This document shows positions 10,560-22,068 of a stretch of DNA of 28,847 nucleotides, piece by piece. A program made the translations under genes and the position numbers. How positions within the stretch are numbered: position 1 is the stretch's first letter; every line of letters begins with the position of its first letter. This DNA comes from Raillietiella orientalis (lineage: Eukaryota), in contig JAYWIR010000024.1 in the NCBI GenBank assembly GCA_036172245.1, positions 3,100,001 through 3,128,847 of the forward strand, read 5' to 3'. The notes below the pieces were generated by a model, which was given only the letters and a program-made list of their open reading frames with translations, was not told the DNA's origin and ran no database searches.

Positions 10560-11907
10560 CTGAGTTTGGTGTGCCCTGCGTCTCGTCTATTGCGTACCTG
10601 CTGCAGTACCAACAGCTCTTTCACGAGATCCACGGTTCGCGTTTCCTCCTCTTCTTCGAGCGTTTTTGATCGATCGTGTTCATCGCAACACTTACAGAGC
10701 GTCTTTTGGAGAGGCCTCTCGAAACGGTAAGGAACCACTCGTGAAGCAAAGCGAGTAAGGAGTGCACTGGTAAGAAAGGCGACCCCCGAGCGCAAACACG
10801 GCGAACACAGACAGATCGACGACTTTGCTTGAATTGAGGCAGCAAGAGCGTTAATGTGAATGAGGAACGCCCACATTCTTATGTCTACCCGTCCACCAAC
10901 ATCAGACAGCTGGTCAGTTCTTCGCGCTCGTTGCTAACCAGTGGCACAAGGGATCGAAGGTTCATTGGATTCGTCCATCCGTTCGTTCATCCTTTCCGTG
11001 AATTCTCCTTTGAGGTGTGTCTTGAAAGCTTTTGCCGTAACTGGGCGGGTTCGGTTGCCACTTCACAGAGCTCTGTGCCGGCAACGCTCGTTATGCAGCC
11101 AGTTCACCGAGACATTGGGAAGCCAGAAACACATGCCTTCGCACAGAAGAGTAGCCTTCTTCTCAAACGAGGCATCAGCAACCTTCAGCTAACGTGCACG
11201 CAAGCAGCGGCACTTCCTTCCGAGGACAGATGCATCGGACAGTCCTGCAAGGATCGCTTGAGGGTGCAGTCTGAGGTGGCTTTCCAAGAACGCGCGTCAC
11301 CCTCACCGTCACCCCAGTCGCCGTTGGGCGTTGAGGGATGTTTAGATCGGCAGCGGGCAGCCCGTTTTGCCCCGACGCGCCGCACTCAGCACGAGGGCAA
11401 CGAGTGGGCATGCTTCGCAAGCACCCACAACAAGGATATCTACGAAGTGCGTATCAGCCCCATCTTGATGACGCTGGGTTTCCGAGTTTATGCCATCGCA
11501 GTCATCTCGAGGACTCTGGCGCTTTCTCCAAGGCGGGTCGTAAACTATTCTCTTGGTCCAGCGACTTCCTATGCAAAGCTCGGAAACGTCACCGGAAGGA
11601 AATTTGAAATTGCGACGCATTACAGGAGTCTCTAATGGCTTCTGCATGTGACTCATGGGAATCCTTCTACGCCGATGCGCCAGCAGGTGGGACCATCACG
11701 TGCAGTTTGCCCGCAGGCAACAAGATGTTTCGTAGGTATTTGTCATCGCGGTGTTCTTTTGGACCGGCTGCCTGCAAAACTTAAGCGAACGAAGCGAATG
11801 GCAGCGGAGAACCGATTGTCCGTGCAAATGCGACCGTGCACATAGTTGTAAACAGGTATGGCTGATGGGAATGTACACATAGGTTTGTACGCAAGCATTA
11901 TTTTCAG

Positions 11908-12117
11908 ACTAGATTTTTCCTCTGGTTGCGCGATGCTTTCGATAAGGAGGTGTCACTGTCCGTAGTGAATGCGCGTACCGTTTTGAAGAGCATCAACGCA
12001 CTCACGAATGTGTACCATACGGAAAATTCAGTTTCAATTCGACGCAAGAGAGATTTGGAATTTGAAATCGTTTCGAAGATGATCACACCTCGTGGGTGTG
12101 TTTGTCTCGCTTCCATG
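11908..12117 (+). CDS. Possible isolated exon with weak Kelch-repeat-like spacing
   Basis: TTTTCAG acceptor, 70 open codons (phase 0-0) and a weak donor GTAAAA. Ends NSVSIRRKRDLEFEIVSKMITPRGCVCLASM. No partner exons identified. Confidence 0.2.
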
Positions 12118-12189
12118 GTAAAACTGTAGGCAAGCTGCGAGATCGAACGCCTGCGATCTTCCGAGGAGGGCAACCCAACTTCGTCTCAA

Positions 12190-12460
12190 CGGTCCTCGTT
12201 GGCAGCCGCATGGTTCTGCGGTCTCCGAGCGTGGCACCAAGAGTCGCGGGTTCGAATCTCCACGTGGAGGGTCGACGGCGAGAACGGGGAATGAGTCGTG
12301 AGTTTCGAGTTCCCCCGCAAGATGACGCTGGTTGGCCTACAGGCTTCGGGTGCGGGTTCCCCGGTCGGCTGGTAGGGACTGGAAGTTGACCTCCTCCGAT
12401 ATTCTTCCAGGAATCAAGGAACCCTTCGAAGTTTCCCTCCAGTTGTGAAAAGGGAGCTCT
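12190..12460 (+). mobile_element. tRNA-derived SINE-like repeat, copy B
   Basis: B-box GGTTCGAATCT at 12249-12259. Collinear homology to 6801-7090. The element may continue to about 13000. Confidence 0.65.
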
Positions 12461-14137
12461 CTCCCTTTCGGGGCGGGAAAGGGGGGAACATCCTCCATCT
12501 CGTACCGTGGAGTTCGTGGATCGATACCTCTTCAGGGTGTGAAGAAGCGCACTGTTCCCTCCGGGAGTGACCCTCGCAAAGAAAATTCGGAAACGTTTCT
12601 TCGGAGTTCTCTCCAGAGGAGAAAAGAAGGAGCTGATCCTTTCCGGAGGATCCCTCCGGAGAAGAAACGAGCGGTAACCCTCTCCGGAGAGAATAAGGAA
12701 GGAGGTTCTTTTCTGGAACAACAAGGGTGGAGAGGTTCCCTTTGTGAGAGGAAGGGTCCCTTTCTGGATTTGTGGGAACCACCACACGAATTCCTTCCGT
12801 GGTACTCCCTGTAACTTGAAGGGCTACTACACGTACTCTCAGGTAGCGTGGACAGCTTCGAAGAGCCTTGTGAGCCTCCAGGAGCGCGACGGCTCCCGAG
12901 TACTTTGCGAACCAAGAAAACCCGGAAAAAGAGAAAAAGCGAGAAAGAAAACAGCGAAACAGAGGAACATCAGCAGGGATCGGTTCGGCGGCTATTCCTC
13001 ACCCCTGAAGGAAGCGGTGGGAAGTGCCCCGTCTCACGCGTTGCAGGACTACGGCCTGGAATCGGAAGTTCGCTTTCTGCAGCTTCTCTTCGATGCGCAG
13101 CCTCCTGACGGAAATGCTGTCGAAGAAAGAAAGCGACGACAGGCATGGAAGCTGTCAGTTTACCTCCCTTGGGGTTCTCCGTATATCCTGAACGAGGGCG
13201 GCGCCAACTCGAGCATGACTTCGTCGCGCAAGCAACGGAAAAGCTTAACGTCGATCAGTACCAACGCCTGCTGATGTTCGTTTTGTTGCTGTTGTTTGGT
13301 TGCAGCCACAGCAAAATGGCAACAACGATGACTGCAAAATGACGACGCTGTCAGTAACCTGCTGCCATCATTGGTTTCGGCCCTTCTTTGGGAAAGAGGG
13401 GAACGGCACCAAAGCAGCCAGAGCGGCGCGGAACAACCTGGCCGATGAGTAGGAACGGTACCACGCGTGCAGCTTCGAGGTTATCCAAGTTTCGGTTGCC
13501 ACTCAGAGTGCGCTCGAGTCTGAAATGGCCCTAGAGGGGAAAAAAAAATGCCCTCGTGGCTGCAACAGCTCCAGGGTAACTCCAGTCAGTACACCAATTT
13601 GACACTTTGCGCAAAATTGTGGACTAGTTTCTGGTGTGCTCAGGAACGCCATATCCTCCAACGATGCGCTGGAGGCGCTGGACTTCTTTAGCTGCTGTTG
13701 CACGACCCACGTAGGCAGACTGGATTTGGCTATCCCCGGAAGCATCTATCCTCACTTCTGGTAGCTCACCCGGATCTCCTACCTCCCTCAAAATTACAAA
13801 TCCTGGAGGCAGAAGGCACTGGAGGGAGTACTAGATAGGCACTTTCCAAGTGCGCCCAGAGAAACTTCGGCTGCTGCGGAAACTAATAGGCAGACCGCTA
13901 AGAAATATCATGCAAGAGTGGACGCAGTGGTCCCGGACAACCGTCACACCGCTTGTTGCAGCATTGTCTTCCCTCAGAGCACACAATGACAGCAGCTCAC
14001 CGTGGGATGGGGAGCACTGCTGCAGAATGACAGGAGTCGAGAAATTTCTCGAAAGCTGCAAGACGACTGGATTCATGTACGGCGCCAATCCTCGTTCCCG
14101 GGTGAAGAGACTCCTTCGGTGAGGAGACCGACTCGGT

Positions 14138-15590
14138 TTATCATCCGGCCACGCCAGGACGTTTCCTATAAAAAATAAAAAACATACATGTGTAGGGTAA
14201 TCGTCCCTACATTGTCCGAAAATGTTCGGAACCAGCAGAGTAACCTGCACGCAGGCCGGCGAAATTCGCCTTGGCAGCGGAGGGGGACGGAGCAAACAAA
14301 AATAAAAATAAAACAAAAAAATATATACCAAAAAATGGGAGGGTTAGGGAAAGCATCACTGTCCGCTGGACGGCGTTCTCTGCACTCTTTCCAGGATGCT
14401 CGCAAGTTACATCCGAGTATGCCTCAGGTAGGGCCATCTTGTTGCCGTCCGCGGGAAGCGCAGGGCGAAGCAGATGGCGTCCCTCTCATTCCGTTCTCCT
14501 CTCGCGTAGCCCCACAATCCCACGTAGGCAGCAAAGAGTTCCTGGAGATGCGGAGGGCGAATGGGCATCGCGCACGAAGAGGCGCTTCATCACGTCCCTG
14601 GAATTGCCGGCCGGTGCACCAAGGGCAACCACAAGTGCCTGAAGGAAACACAGTCTACAAGCAGGTGCGGGAGCGATTCCCGTTCCCCGCACCTGCAGCG
14701 GTTTGGGTCCGCCGCTCCCCGGGTCCAGTGAGAGCAGCGGACCTTGCACGGGAGATCCCCATGCAACAAAAGAAATGCCGACAATTCAGGGGGAGGGTGT
14801 GGTTGTTCTTCAGCGTGTGGCGGAGTCCAGCTTCCATGTCTTCCTGTGAGATTTCCAGCAGCTCGCCCCAGCTCAATGGTCCCTTCGATGGGACACTTGA
14901 GATTGAAGCGTCCGTGAACAGGCCCGAAGAACAACCACCTAATTCCTTCGTTCAATTGTCTATTGCGCAACTGACCATCCATTTGGCCGTCTGGTTACTG
15001 CCCAGGTGCTACCTGAGGGAGGGCGGGGCCGCGACAAGGGAGGTTCTTTGCGCCCACGCACGCGTGGCGGGCTGCACGATGACGTCCTGCAGCAAGCGGT
15101 TCTTGTTGGAGGAGTGCAGCATTCGCTGCCGCAGCCTCAGGCTCGCTTCGTTGTTTTTGTGTTTTCCATGCGCGGACGGTTTCCTGCAACCAGGAACCAC
15201 CTCGCGCGGTCTGAAAGAAGACCCAGTAGTTGGTCCTGGTCAGCTCGGCCAGTGGCCGGAGCTCCAGTCCGCAGCTGGACACGTTTGTTTACGCCGCCGC
15301 TCCAAGAAAGAAGACCGTCCCGCGTAGCCGGTGGCTCGCTTGACCAGTCAGCGTGCGGGCTCGTGCCAGTTCCTGCTCCAAAGCTTCGTCACTAGGGCAA
15401 GTGTCCACCACCGGAGCTACCGCTCCAGGCGATCCAGCGTCACGGGGCCGAGGCCTCCGTCGCGATGCATAGCGCACAAGTGTTTCAAGAGGACTCGCTG
15501 CCTTCCTCTACCCCACAGGGAGATTCTCAGGAGTTTTCTTTTTCTTGGACCTGAATGGTGTGCCCTCCAAGGACCTCCCGGTTCCCTCTC
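14138..15590 (-). mobile_element. 5'-truncated L1/Tx1-like non-LTR retrotransposon, copy 2 (decayed)
   Basis: Minus strand has LWGRGRQRVLLKHLCAMHRDGGLGPVTL (the FxW..RV....L.....GGLG post-RT motif of L1/Tx1 ORF2) near 15435-15520 and the same zinc finger as copy 1. Contains stops and frameshifts. The 5' boundary is approximate. Confidence 0.85.
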
Positions 15591-15599
15591 TGTGTGAGG

Positions 15600-16231
15600 A
15601 CACTTCCCTGTTCCCGCTCCGTTCCCGGACATACCATGGAGACCAACGCGAGTCACGGACAGGTCAAGAGAATCCTGGATTCTCTTCTGACCAGGGAGGG
15701 GAAACTCAAGGAGGAAGTGGCAGTTCTGCTGTTTACACACCGGGAATTCCAGTGCAATCAGCGCAGGAACCTGGTTCCCAGGGGAGTTGAAGTCTCCCCG
15801 AACTGTTCCAGGCGACGGAATCGATCCCGCACCTCCTATTGTCCTGCAGTGCCTTGGAGGACGCGTGGCGGAGACCAGCCTTGGCAGTCCGTCATCCTCA
15901 GGCCACAGCTTCGTGCTTGCTGCGGCGCATCGTCACTCAAAGAGAGCTGAAGACGGACGCCGCGATCGCAACCATCTGTGGCATCCGAAAAGGAAGAAAA
16001 GAAAGGAAACCAAAGACCTCGTTCCTACCTTCCTGCCTTGTTTCTATCTATTTATTGTCCCCTCCCTTTGTTCCCCACTTTTCTAGAAGCGGGCTACGTG
16101 CCGGTGGTCATCCCAAATGAACCTTTCTTTTTGTTTTTTTGTTTTTGTCATCTTCTGTATTTAGGGGACACTTTTCCCCTGGATTGTAGTTTATTTTAAA
16201 ATAAACGTGCCGGCGTGACCCCAGGTACAAA
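15600..16231 (+). mobile_element. 5'-truncated L1/Tx1-like element, copy 4 (more divergent family member, decayed)
   Basis: Frameshifted LLFTHREFQCNQRR..VSPNCSR../ESIPHLLLSCSALEDAW zinc-finger remnant, a T-rich 3' UTR, and terminal AATAAACGTGCCGGCGTGACC similar to the other copies. Boundaries approximate. Confidence 0.7.
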
Positions 16232-19200
16232 TCCGAGCATTCCATCCCGGAAACGTCAGGTTCATCCTTTGACCCGAGCTGGAAGTGTTTTCTCCTCCAT
16301 CATCCATCTCTTCATCTGCAACTTCTTTCGCAGATAAGGATAACTGCTCGACTTTTCGTGTTTCTGCGCGTGTCGCGAACCCCCCGCGCGGAGAAGGTCA
16401 GATCTGCGTGAAGACGTGGATCAGGAGTTTCTTACCATACGCAGCAGCTCAAGCTGGTCCATATAAAGTCTACAGATACTTGAAGAATCATCTCCGCGGA
16501 TTTGATGCACAGATGTCCGATGACAAACGTGAAGAGGATGCGGGCTTCCAAATGAAGCGGAAGCAGGGCATCCTGTTTGCATCCCGAGAGCTAGACACCC
16601 ATCTCCGCACTCTTCTTCCCTGTCCCGAGTCCCTTCCCGTGTCTTTTGCTTGTGAGCTTATGCATACACAGCAGCCTCACGTAGGACGCGGGAAACGTTT
16701 CCCATTGTATCAACACGCGTTCTACGAGCCCTACTCACTCGTGATCAAATAGCATCCATGAAAAATATGAAATGTCTCCTAAACGTGATAAAGACGCAAT
16801 ATTTATTATTCAATATTCGAAACAGCAAAGGAAATTCGATGTCCTCATTCATCGTTCGACTTGAAGATAAAAAAAAAAAAAAAATTGTAGGCATTTCTTG
16901 ATGGGTAACCAATTTAAACGATTCCGTCGTCTCAGCTCCACCACTCTTGTTGTTGGAAACTGCATCTTCTTGCGCTACGTTGTTCGCAAAAAAAAGGAAC
17001 GAAATGGAATTCGACCTACTAAAATCACGTGTTTGTGTTCCGGCAATATATGCAACATATATAGATAGATAGATATCCGCGAAAAAGGATATATCTCGTA
17101 AAGGAACACCGAAGCATTCATCCATCACTCATCATCTCTTTTGCTATCGAAGAAAGAGCCATGCATCTTAAGGGTTGCCGCTCCATGAGAAGCACATCTG
17201 ATGACGAAGGTTTCGTGCAACATCCCGATTCGAGAATGCCGCTACTCAGAGCGAGGATTGAATTCGAATCGTTCGACCCGGAAGTCAAGGGCGACCCATC
17301 AAATAAGGGCGTCAGCGAAAGGGAAAGTTCTCTTTGCGCTTTGATGGTGTCTCATTTTCTATTTCTTACGGGGAGGGAGCTTTCCATTCTCATTATGCCT
17401 GGAAATCGCCTATCGACACCTCCCCTTGAAGAGTTGATTTTTTCTCTCCCCTTGTGAGAACCAATGGGAATTTGTGCCTCGTTCTCGCTTTCTGTAGAGG
17501 GCTGCCCTCATGCCGTGAAGGGAAGCCGCGAACGCTTCCTCACCTTCTTCATCGAACACTCCTCCTTCATTCATTCAGCTTGCAAGTCAAAAGTCATCCT
17601 CTTGCAGACTGCTCGCACTTCCGCAGTCTCCCTCCGAGTATCACTTCGCTCTTTGCATAGTGGGAGGGATTCGCCTCATGCCGTTATCAACGAACATTTC
17701 TTGAGCTGTCCGACGTTACTCTTCACCGACAAGATGACAGTGTACGATCCATCGCTTAGCCATGGCTACCCCCATGTAACATAACACTTATTAAGCACCA
17801 GCACTCGCTACCCTCTCGCCATGCACCTGCAGTCAGCTTGGGGATCCTCTTGCAGCTTGTACGCCGTCTCAGTAGCATCATCCCGTCGTTACGAAGCTGT
17901 AGATACCACAAACGAAACAGTCAGCAACGCTCCATAAAACGAATTCTCTACCTTCACCTGGGAAATTACGTGCGTAGTTACTATGCATAATCCACAAAGG
18001 ATAATACATCTGCATAAGATTATAATGCGATTTCTTTACATTCCTGTATATTATACAACTGCATAAATCAAAACCACGTTATGCATTCGCACATATTTCT
18101 GTGATGTCGCATGCTCTTGTGGCGTTCCTACATCGAAGCATGGCATCTCCTCTTATCTGGGACGTAACATCATTCCATGCACGCTGCTTCCCATGTCGAT
18201 ACATTTCGTCAGATAAAACCACCGATTTCGCTCTTCCTCCATAAACAGCCATTTTCCGTACAGCAAACAACGCTCAGTGCTCACTTCTTGAGTTTCCCGG
18301 ATTCCCGAATTCTGCAGGATCGTTTTCCTCGGCCGGATAACATTTGCGAGCATCGTCCATGCAGCACTTCAATTTGGAGAACGTGGCAACACTGAGAATC
18401 GGCCAGGCTTTGAACGAGGCGCCACGCTGGTCCCGGAGCGCCGCTTCAACCCGTGAGCCATCGTCGCTTTGCTCCCTCGCGGTTCGTGCAAAAAACAACC
18501 AAGTGATCAAATGAAGGCTCTCTCCGGAATGTGCAACTCTCCTGTCGGTCCTTCTGGCGTGCTTTCCCTTCCAGCTGTCGCGTGCAATCTCTTCCTGCTT
18601 CGCTGCGCCTCATTTCGCTCCGTCTAGAGGTTCCGGGAAAACTTTCCACTCACTGTTCTCTTCCCCTCTACCTCCCATCTCCTTGTCTCTGCTCCTTCCC
18701 ACAGAAAATAAATGCTCGCTTCTTAACACCAAAAATCCTTCAACGCCTCTGCACATTAATTAAAAGAGTGTTTCACGGTGCTTAACAGTGCCAACGAAGT
18801 GCTAAGGACGACCACTTTTCCACAAAGAATGTTTTCTTTTCTTTTTTTTGTGCAAACTGTGAAACATAAAAGTCTCGTTACCTCGTTTTTTTTTTTTTTT
18901 TCTTTTTCTACCTCGGAGAAATGTGTGTACGCGTTCTCCGAGCCAACAGCAATTATAACGAGGAGATACGGATATGAGGCACAAAAATTAGCATAGCCGT
19001 CATCTGTTGAAAATCAAGGAACTTCGTTTTTCTGACGATGCACAGCGCTTGCTGAACCATAGGGATCAAGAGGCCACGGAAGACAAGGGGTAAGTCGTCA
19101 TACTGGACGTCACTTGCTCCTTCGTAAGCGCCCCATGAACTCCGAGGAAGCAAGGCAGAGAGAAAGAGGGCAAACAACGATGACTGCCTCTCCACAACCA

Positions 19201-21222
19201 TCAAAGAGCTCCGGTAAGGGCACCTGTCGTGGAACCCCGCACATCCGGAGATGAGACCCAGGAAATCTAACGTGTCCAGAGGACTGAGGACCCCGTGTCA
19301 CGATGCGGAACTCGTCAGCAAAGCGATGTGTGGCAACGTCCAGCTCTGCCCAGGTACTTCCTGAACCTATCGGTTGGGTCATCGGTCGTTGTGGCGACCG
19401 CTGCTGCATCGCTGCCTCGATGTGCACTTTGAATATATGAGGTTCATCTGTGAAAGTGACTCGGACTTACAGTGTTGAACGACACATTCCATTCCGAAGC
19501 AAAACAAGCCCATCTTGTGCAAGGATGCACACTTTGCTCACCCATCTAACTATTGACTGCTCAAGCTGTGCAGATGAAGGAGTTCGCTGGAAAATGGGGA
19601 TGCGGACGCATCGGAAAGAGATGTGTTGTAACCGCAGAAGAAAGCAAATCACGAGCCTTCCGACGCACGTTTTCTTATTCTTTCCGAGTAATGAGAAATG
19701 CATTGCTACATACAGAAGATGACGTAATTTTCAAGTAGGACATGGCTACTTCCAGACCATGCATTTCCAAAAGTTCCTCTATGCCTCTTCCGATGGTATG
19801 CCTCCAAACCGAACAAATCATCAGGCTTGTTTCTTTCGTGGCTCTGCTTCATAGGGAACGTTTACGAGATGAGTTGCCTCGCAATCACCACGGGCCATCT
19901 TGAGTTACCTGCATGTGCATTTTTTGCTGATCGCTGTCTCGAGTCGGCGGCCCAGACAAGAGCGCTCGGTCAACTGAAGGGGAGGCGCAACTTGCCGGTG
20001 ATTGCGAAAAGTCGACAGCATGTCTTGAAAGAATGCAGAGTGAATCCGAATACAGAACTGAACAGACATTTCCCTACTTTGCTCCGTTTTCCGCCAACTT
20101 TTGAGTACATTTCTTTTGCAGTAATCTTTCGCTTTTGATCAAAATCCAGCTTCAGATGTGCAACCATGGTTAGAACAAAGAGTAAGCACACTCCCTCAAG
20201 TTTCGAATCTCTACTGAACCCAAATTATTATGTGAAATTTTAGAGTATCCGAATTTTAGAATGCGCGGAATGTCGAATCTCTAGCAATCCATTGAAAACC
20301 TGAAATCGGACCCAAAACATGGAATTGCTCTTATTATTCCTGTGATTCCTTTGAAAATGAATCTTTAGTTTCATGTGAATTCCTACACACGACATTCTAT
20401 TCTATCTTCCATTGCTGCTGATGCAGCCCCTACCGTGGTAGTAGAAAGGACCGCGAACCAGCAAAGCACTGGCCAGAGAGACACTTCTCGTGCAAACGAG
20501 GAGAAGAGAACGGTTCCTTCCCAAGCGTCCACCGTGCAATTTTCCTTTTCTGGGAACCATGACGATTTAAGATTGCGATGCTCCCATTCCATCTCGAAGG
20601 AATTTTCCACTCGGGCGAGAGTATCTTCCTATCATTCATGGCAGTTGCAAAATCGTACACAACCCATGCATCATGAGAAAAATACATATACACGCAGTTG
20701 TAGCATTTGCAGTCCGTAGAATTGGACGATTTCAAGTACGATCGTACAAGACGCCAAAAGCCATTTGCGACTGCGGATTCTATTTTGACTTTAGAATGAA
20801 CAGTGTCCGTGCTCACGGATTCCTTCCGCGGGGAGGCTTTGTTTTTACAAGATCGTGTTACAGTCAGCGTTACAGTGATCTTTGCACATCCGCGCTGCCG
20901 TATGTTTTGGAATACGCTCCAAAATATTGCGTTTTCTTTTCCCTTGCAAAAGCTACTGAAATCCTCTTATCTTGACTAACATGAGACCTTTCTTCCTGTA
21001 CAGGTAATTGGGAATGATTTTCCGAATGTTCAAATCTATTCCATCCTAGATGCGTTTGTTCATTCCAAGTAATTATGTCCACATACAACTATGTCATCGA
21101 TAATAATTGCCGATGGAATTGTTGAAGTTGTCGTATATTCATGTTTCCTTTTGTATGTGTTCTCCTTCATCTTCCAATTGTACACATATCCTTTCAAGAC
21201 CTATGTTTAGGCTAACCGAATT

Positions 21223-22068
21223 TCTCCTGCCGTATCGCAGGCAGAGAGAAGTTGATGAGCGGCTGGTCCATGGGGGAACTGGCGGACGCCACTACCCCTA
21301 GCGTCCAGCCGAGAGGTCTAGTGAGATGGGGCGAGCTGCTCGGCATCCCGATGGATGACCTGAAGTGGCCCCCGCTATTTATTGGTTCGAGGATCCTCCC
21401 CCTGAAGTGGCAGGAGTCGGCGCTTCTGTTGTTGCATTGGGGCCTGCCCTGCAACGCACGCCGCCACCACTGGACTAGGGGTCGAGTAGATCCTGCCTGC
21501 ATCAGGTGTGGGGAGCGGGAAACCCTCCCCCACCTCCTTGTTGATTGTGCTGCCCTCCGACCCCTGTGGGAACGTCTTCGTGCCTCCCTACGGATCCAGG
21601 AGGGCAGCCAGCCCAGAGACGTGTTTCGGCTTCTGTTCGTGCAGGATGCCCTGCGACCAGCCGCTGCCCTGGCTGCACTTTGCTGCGTCCGTGGGATCGT
21701 GACGTGCTGGAGCGACGTGAGAACACCGAGCCACGACAGGGTTGCCGTCGAACTTGCAGTCCGCTACCTGAGGATTGCGACCAGATGGCCCCACCTGGGA
21801 ATCATGCGGACGGACCTCGAGGGCATCCTGCAAAGGATGGACCCTCCTCCCAGTGGTCAGTGATCCCTCCCCAACCCTCCAAAATCTTTTTGTTTCTTAT
21901 GTTTTATTTTTCTTTTTGTTTTTCCCCCATCCCCTTCCGCTGCCGAGGAGAGTCGCGCCGGTCTGCGTACCGGCAACCCGGCAGGTCCTGTTGAGTTGGC
22001 CGTAGTGGGGCCTCGTACCACGAACAATAGAGAATTTTAATAAACGCCCCGGCGTGACCGGGTGGCAA
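21223..22068 (+). mobile_element. 5'-truncated L1/Tx1-like element, copy 3, with uninterrupted ORF2 C-terminus (to stop at 21863)
   Basis: LLLLHWGLPCNARRHHWTRGRVDPACIRCGERETLPHLLVDC is an intact CxxC..H....C finger. Perfect 11-bp TSD CTAACCGAATT at 21212-21222 and 22069-22079. Confidence 0.9.

Noticed and set aside
13620..13690. Minus-strand peptide QRIVGGYGVPEH resembling a trypsin activation site
   Set aside because: A stop follows within a few codons, with no PW motif, no catalytic-triad motifs and no convincing splice donor.
14188..15327. 379-aa and 220-aa (9818-10480) plus-strand ORFs as duplicated genes
   Set aside because: They are antisense to decayed LINE sequence, and the recognisable motifs are on the minus strand.
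17195..17240. CTGATGA followed by a small stem, suggesting a hammerhead ribozyme
   Set aside because: The required GAAA after stem II and stems I/III are absent.
16285..21100. Several exon-like segments with plausible splice sites or hydrophobic stretches
   Set aside because: No recognisable domain and no consistent phase-compatible gene model could be built. The same applies to 26750-28847.
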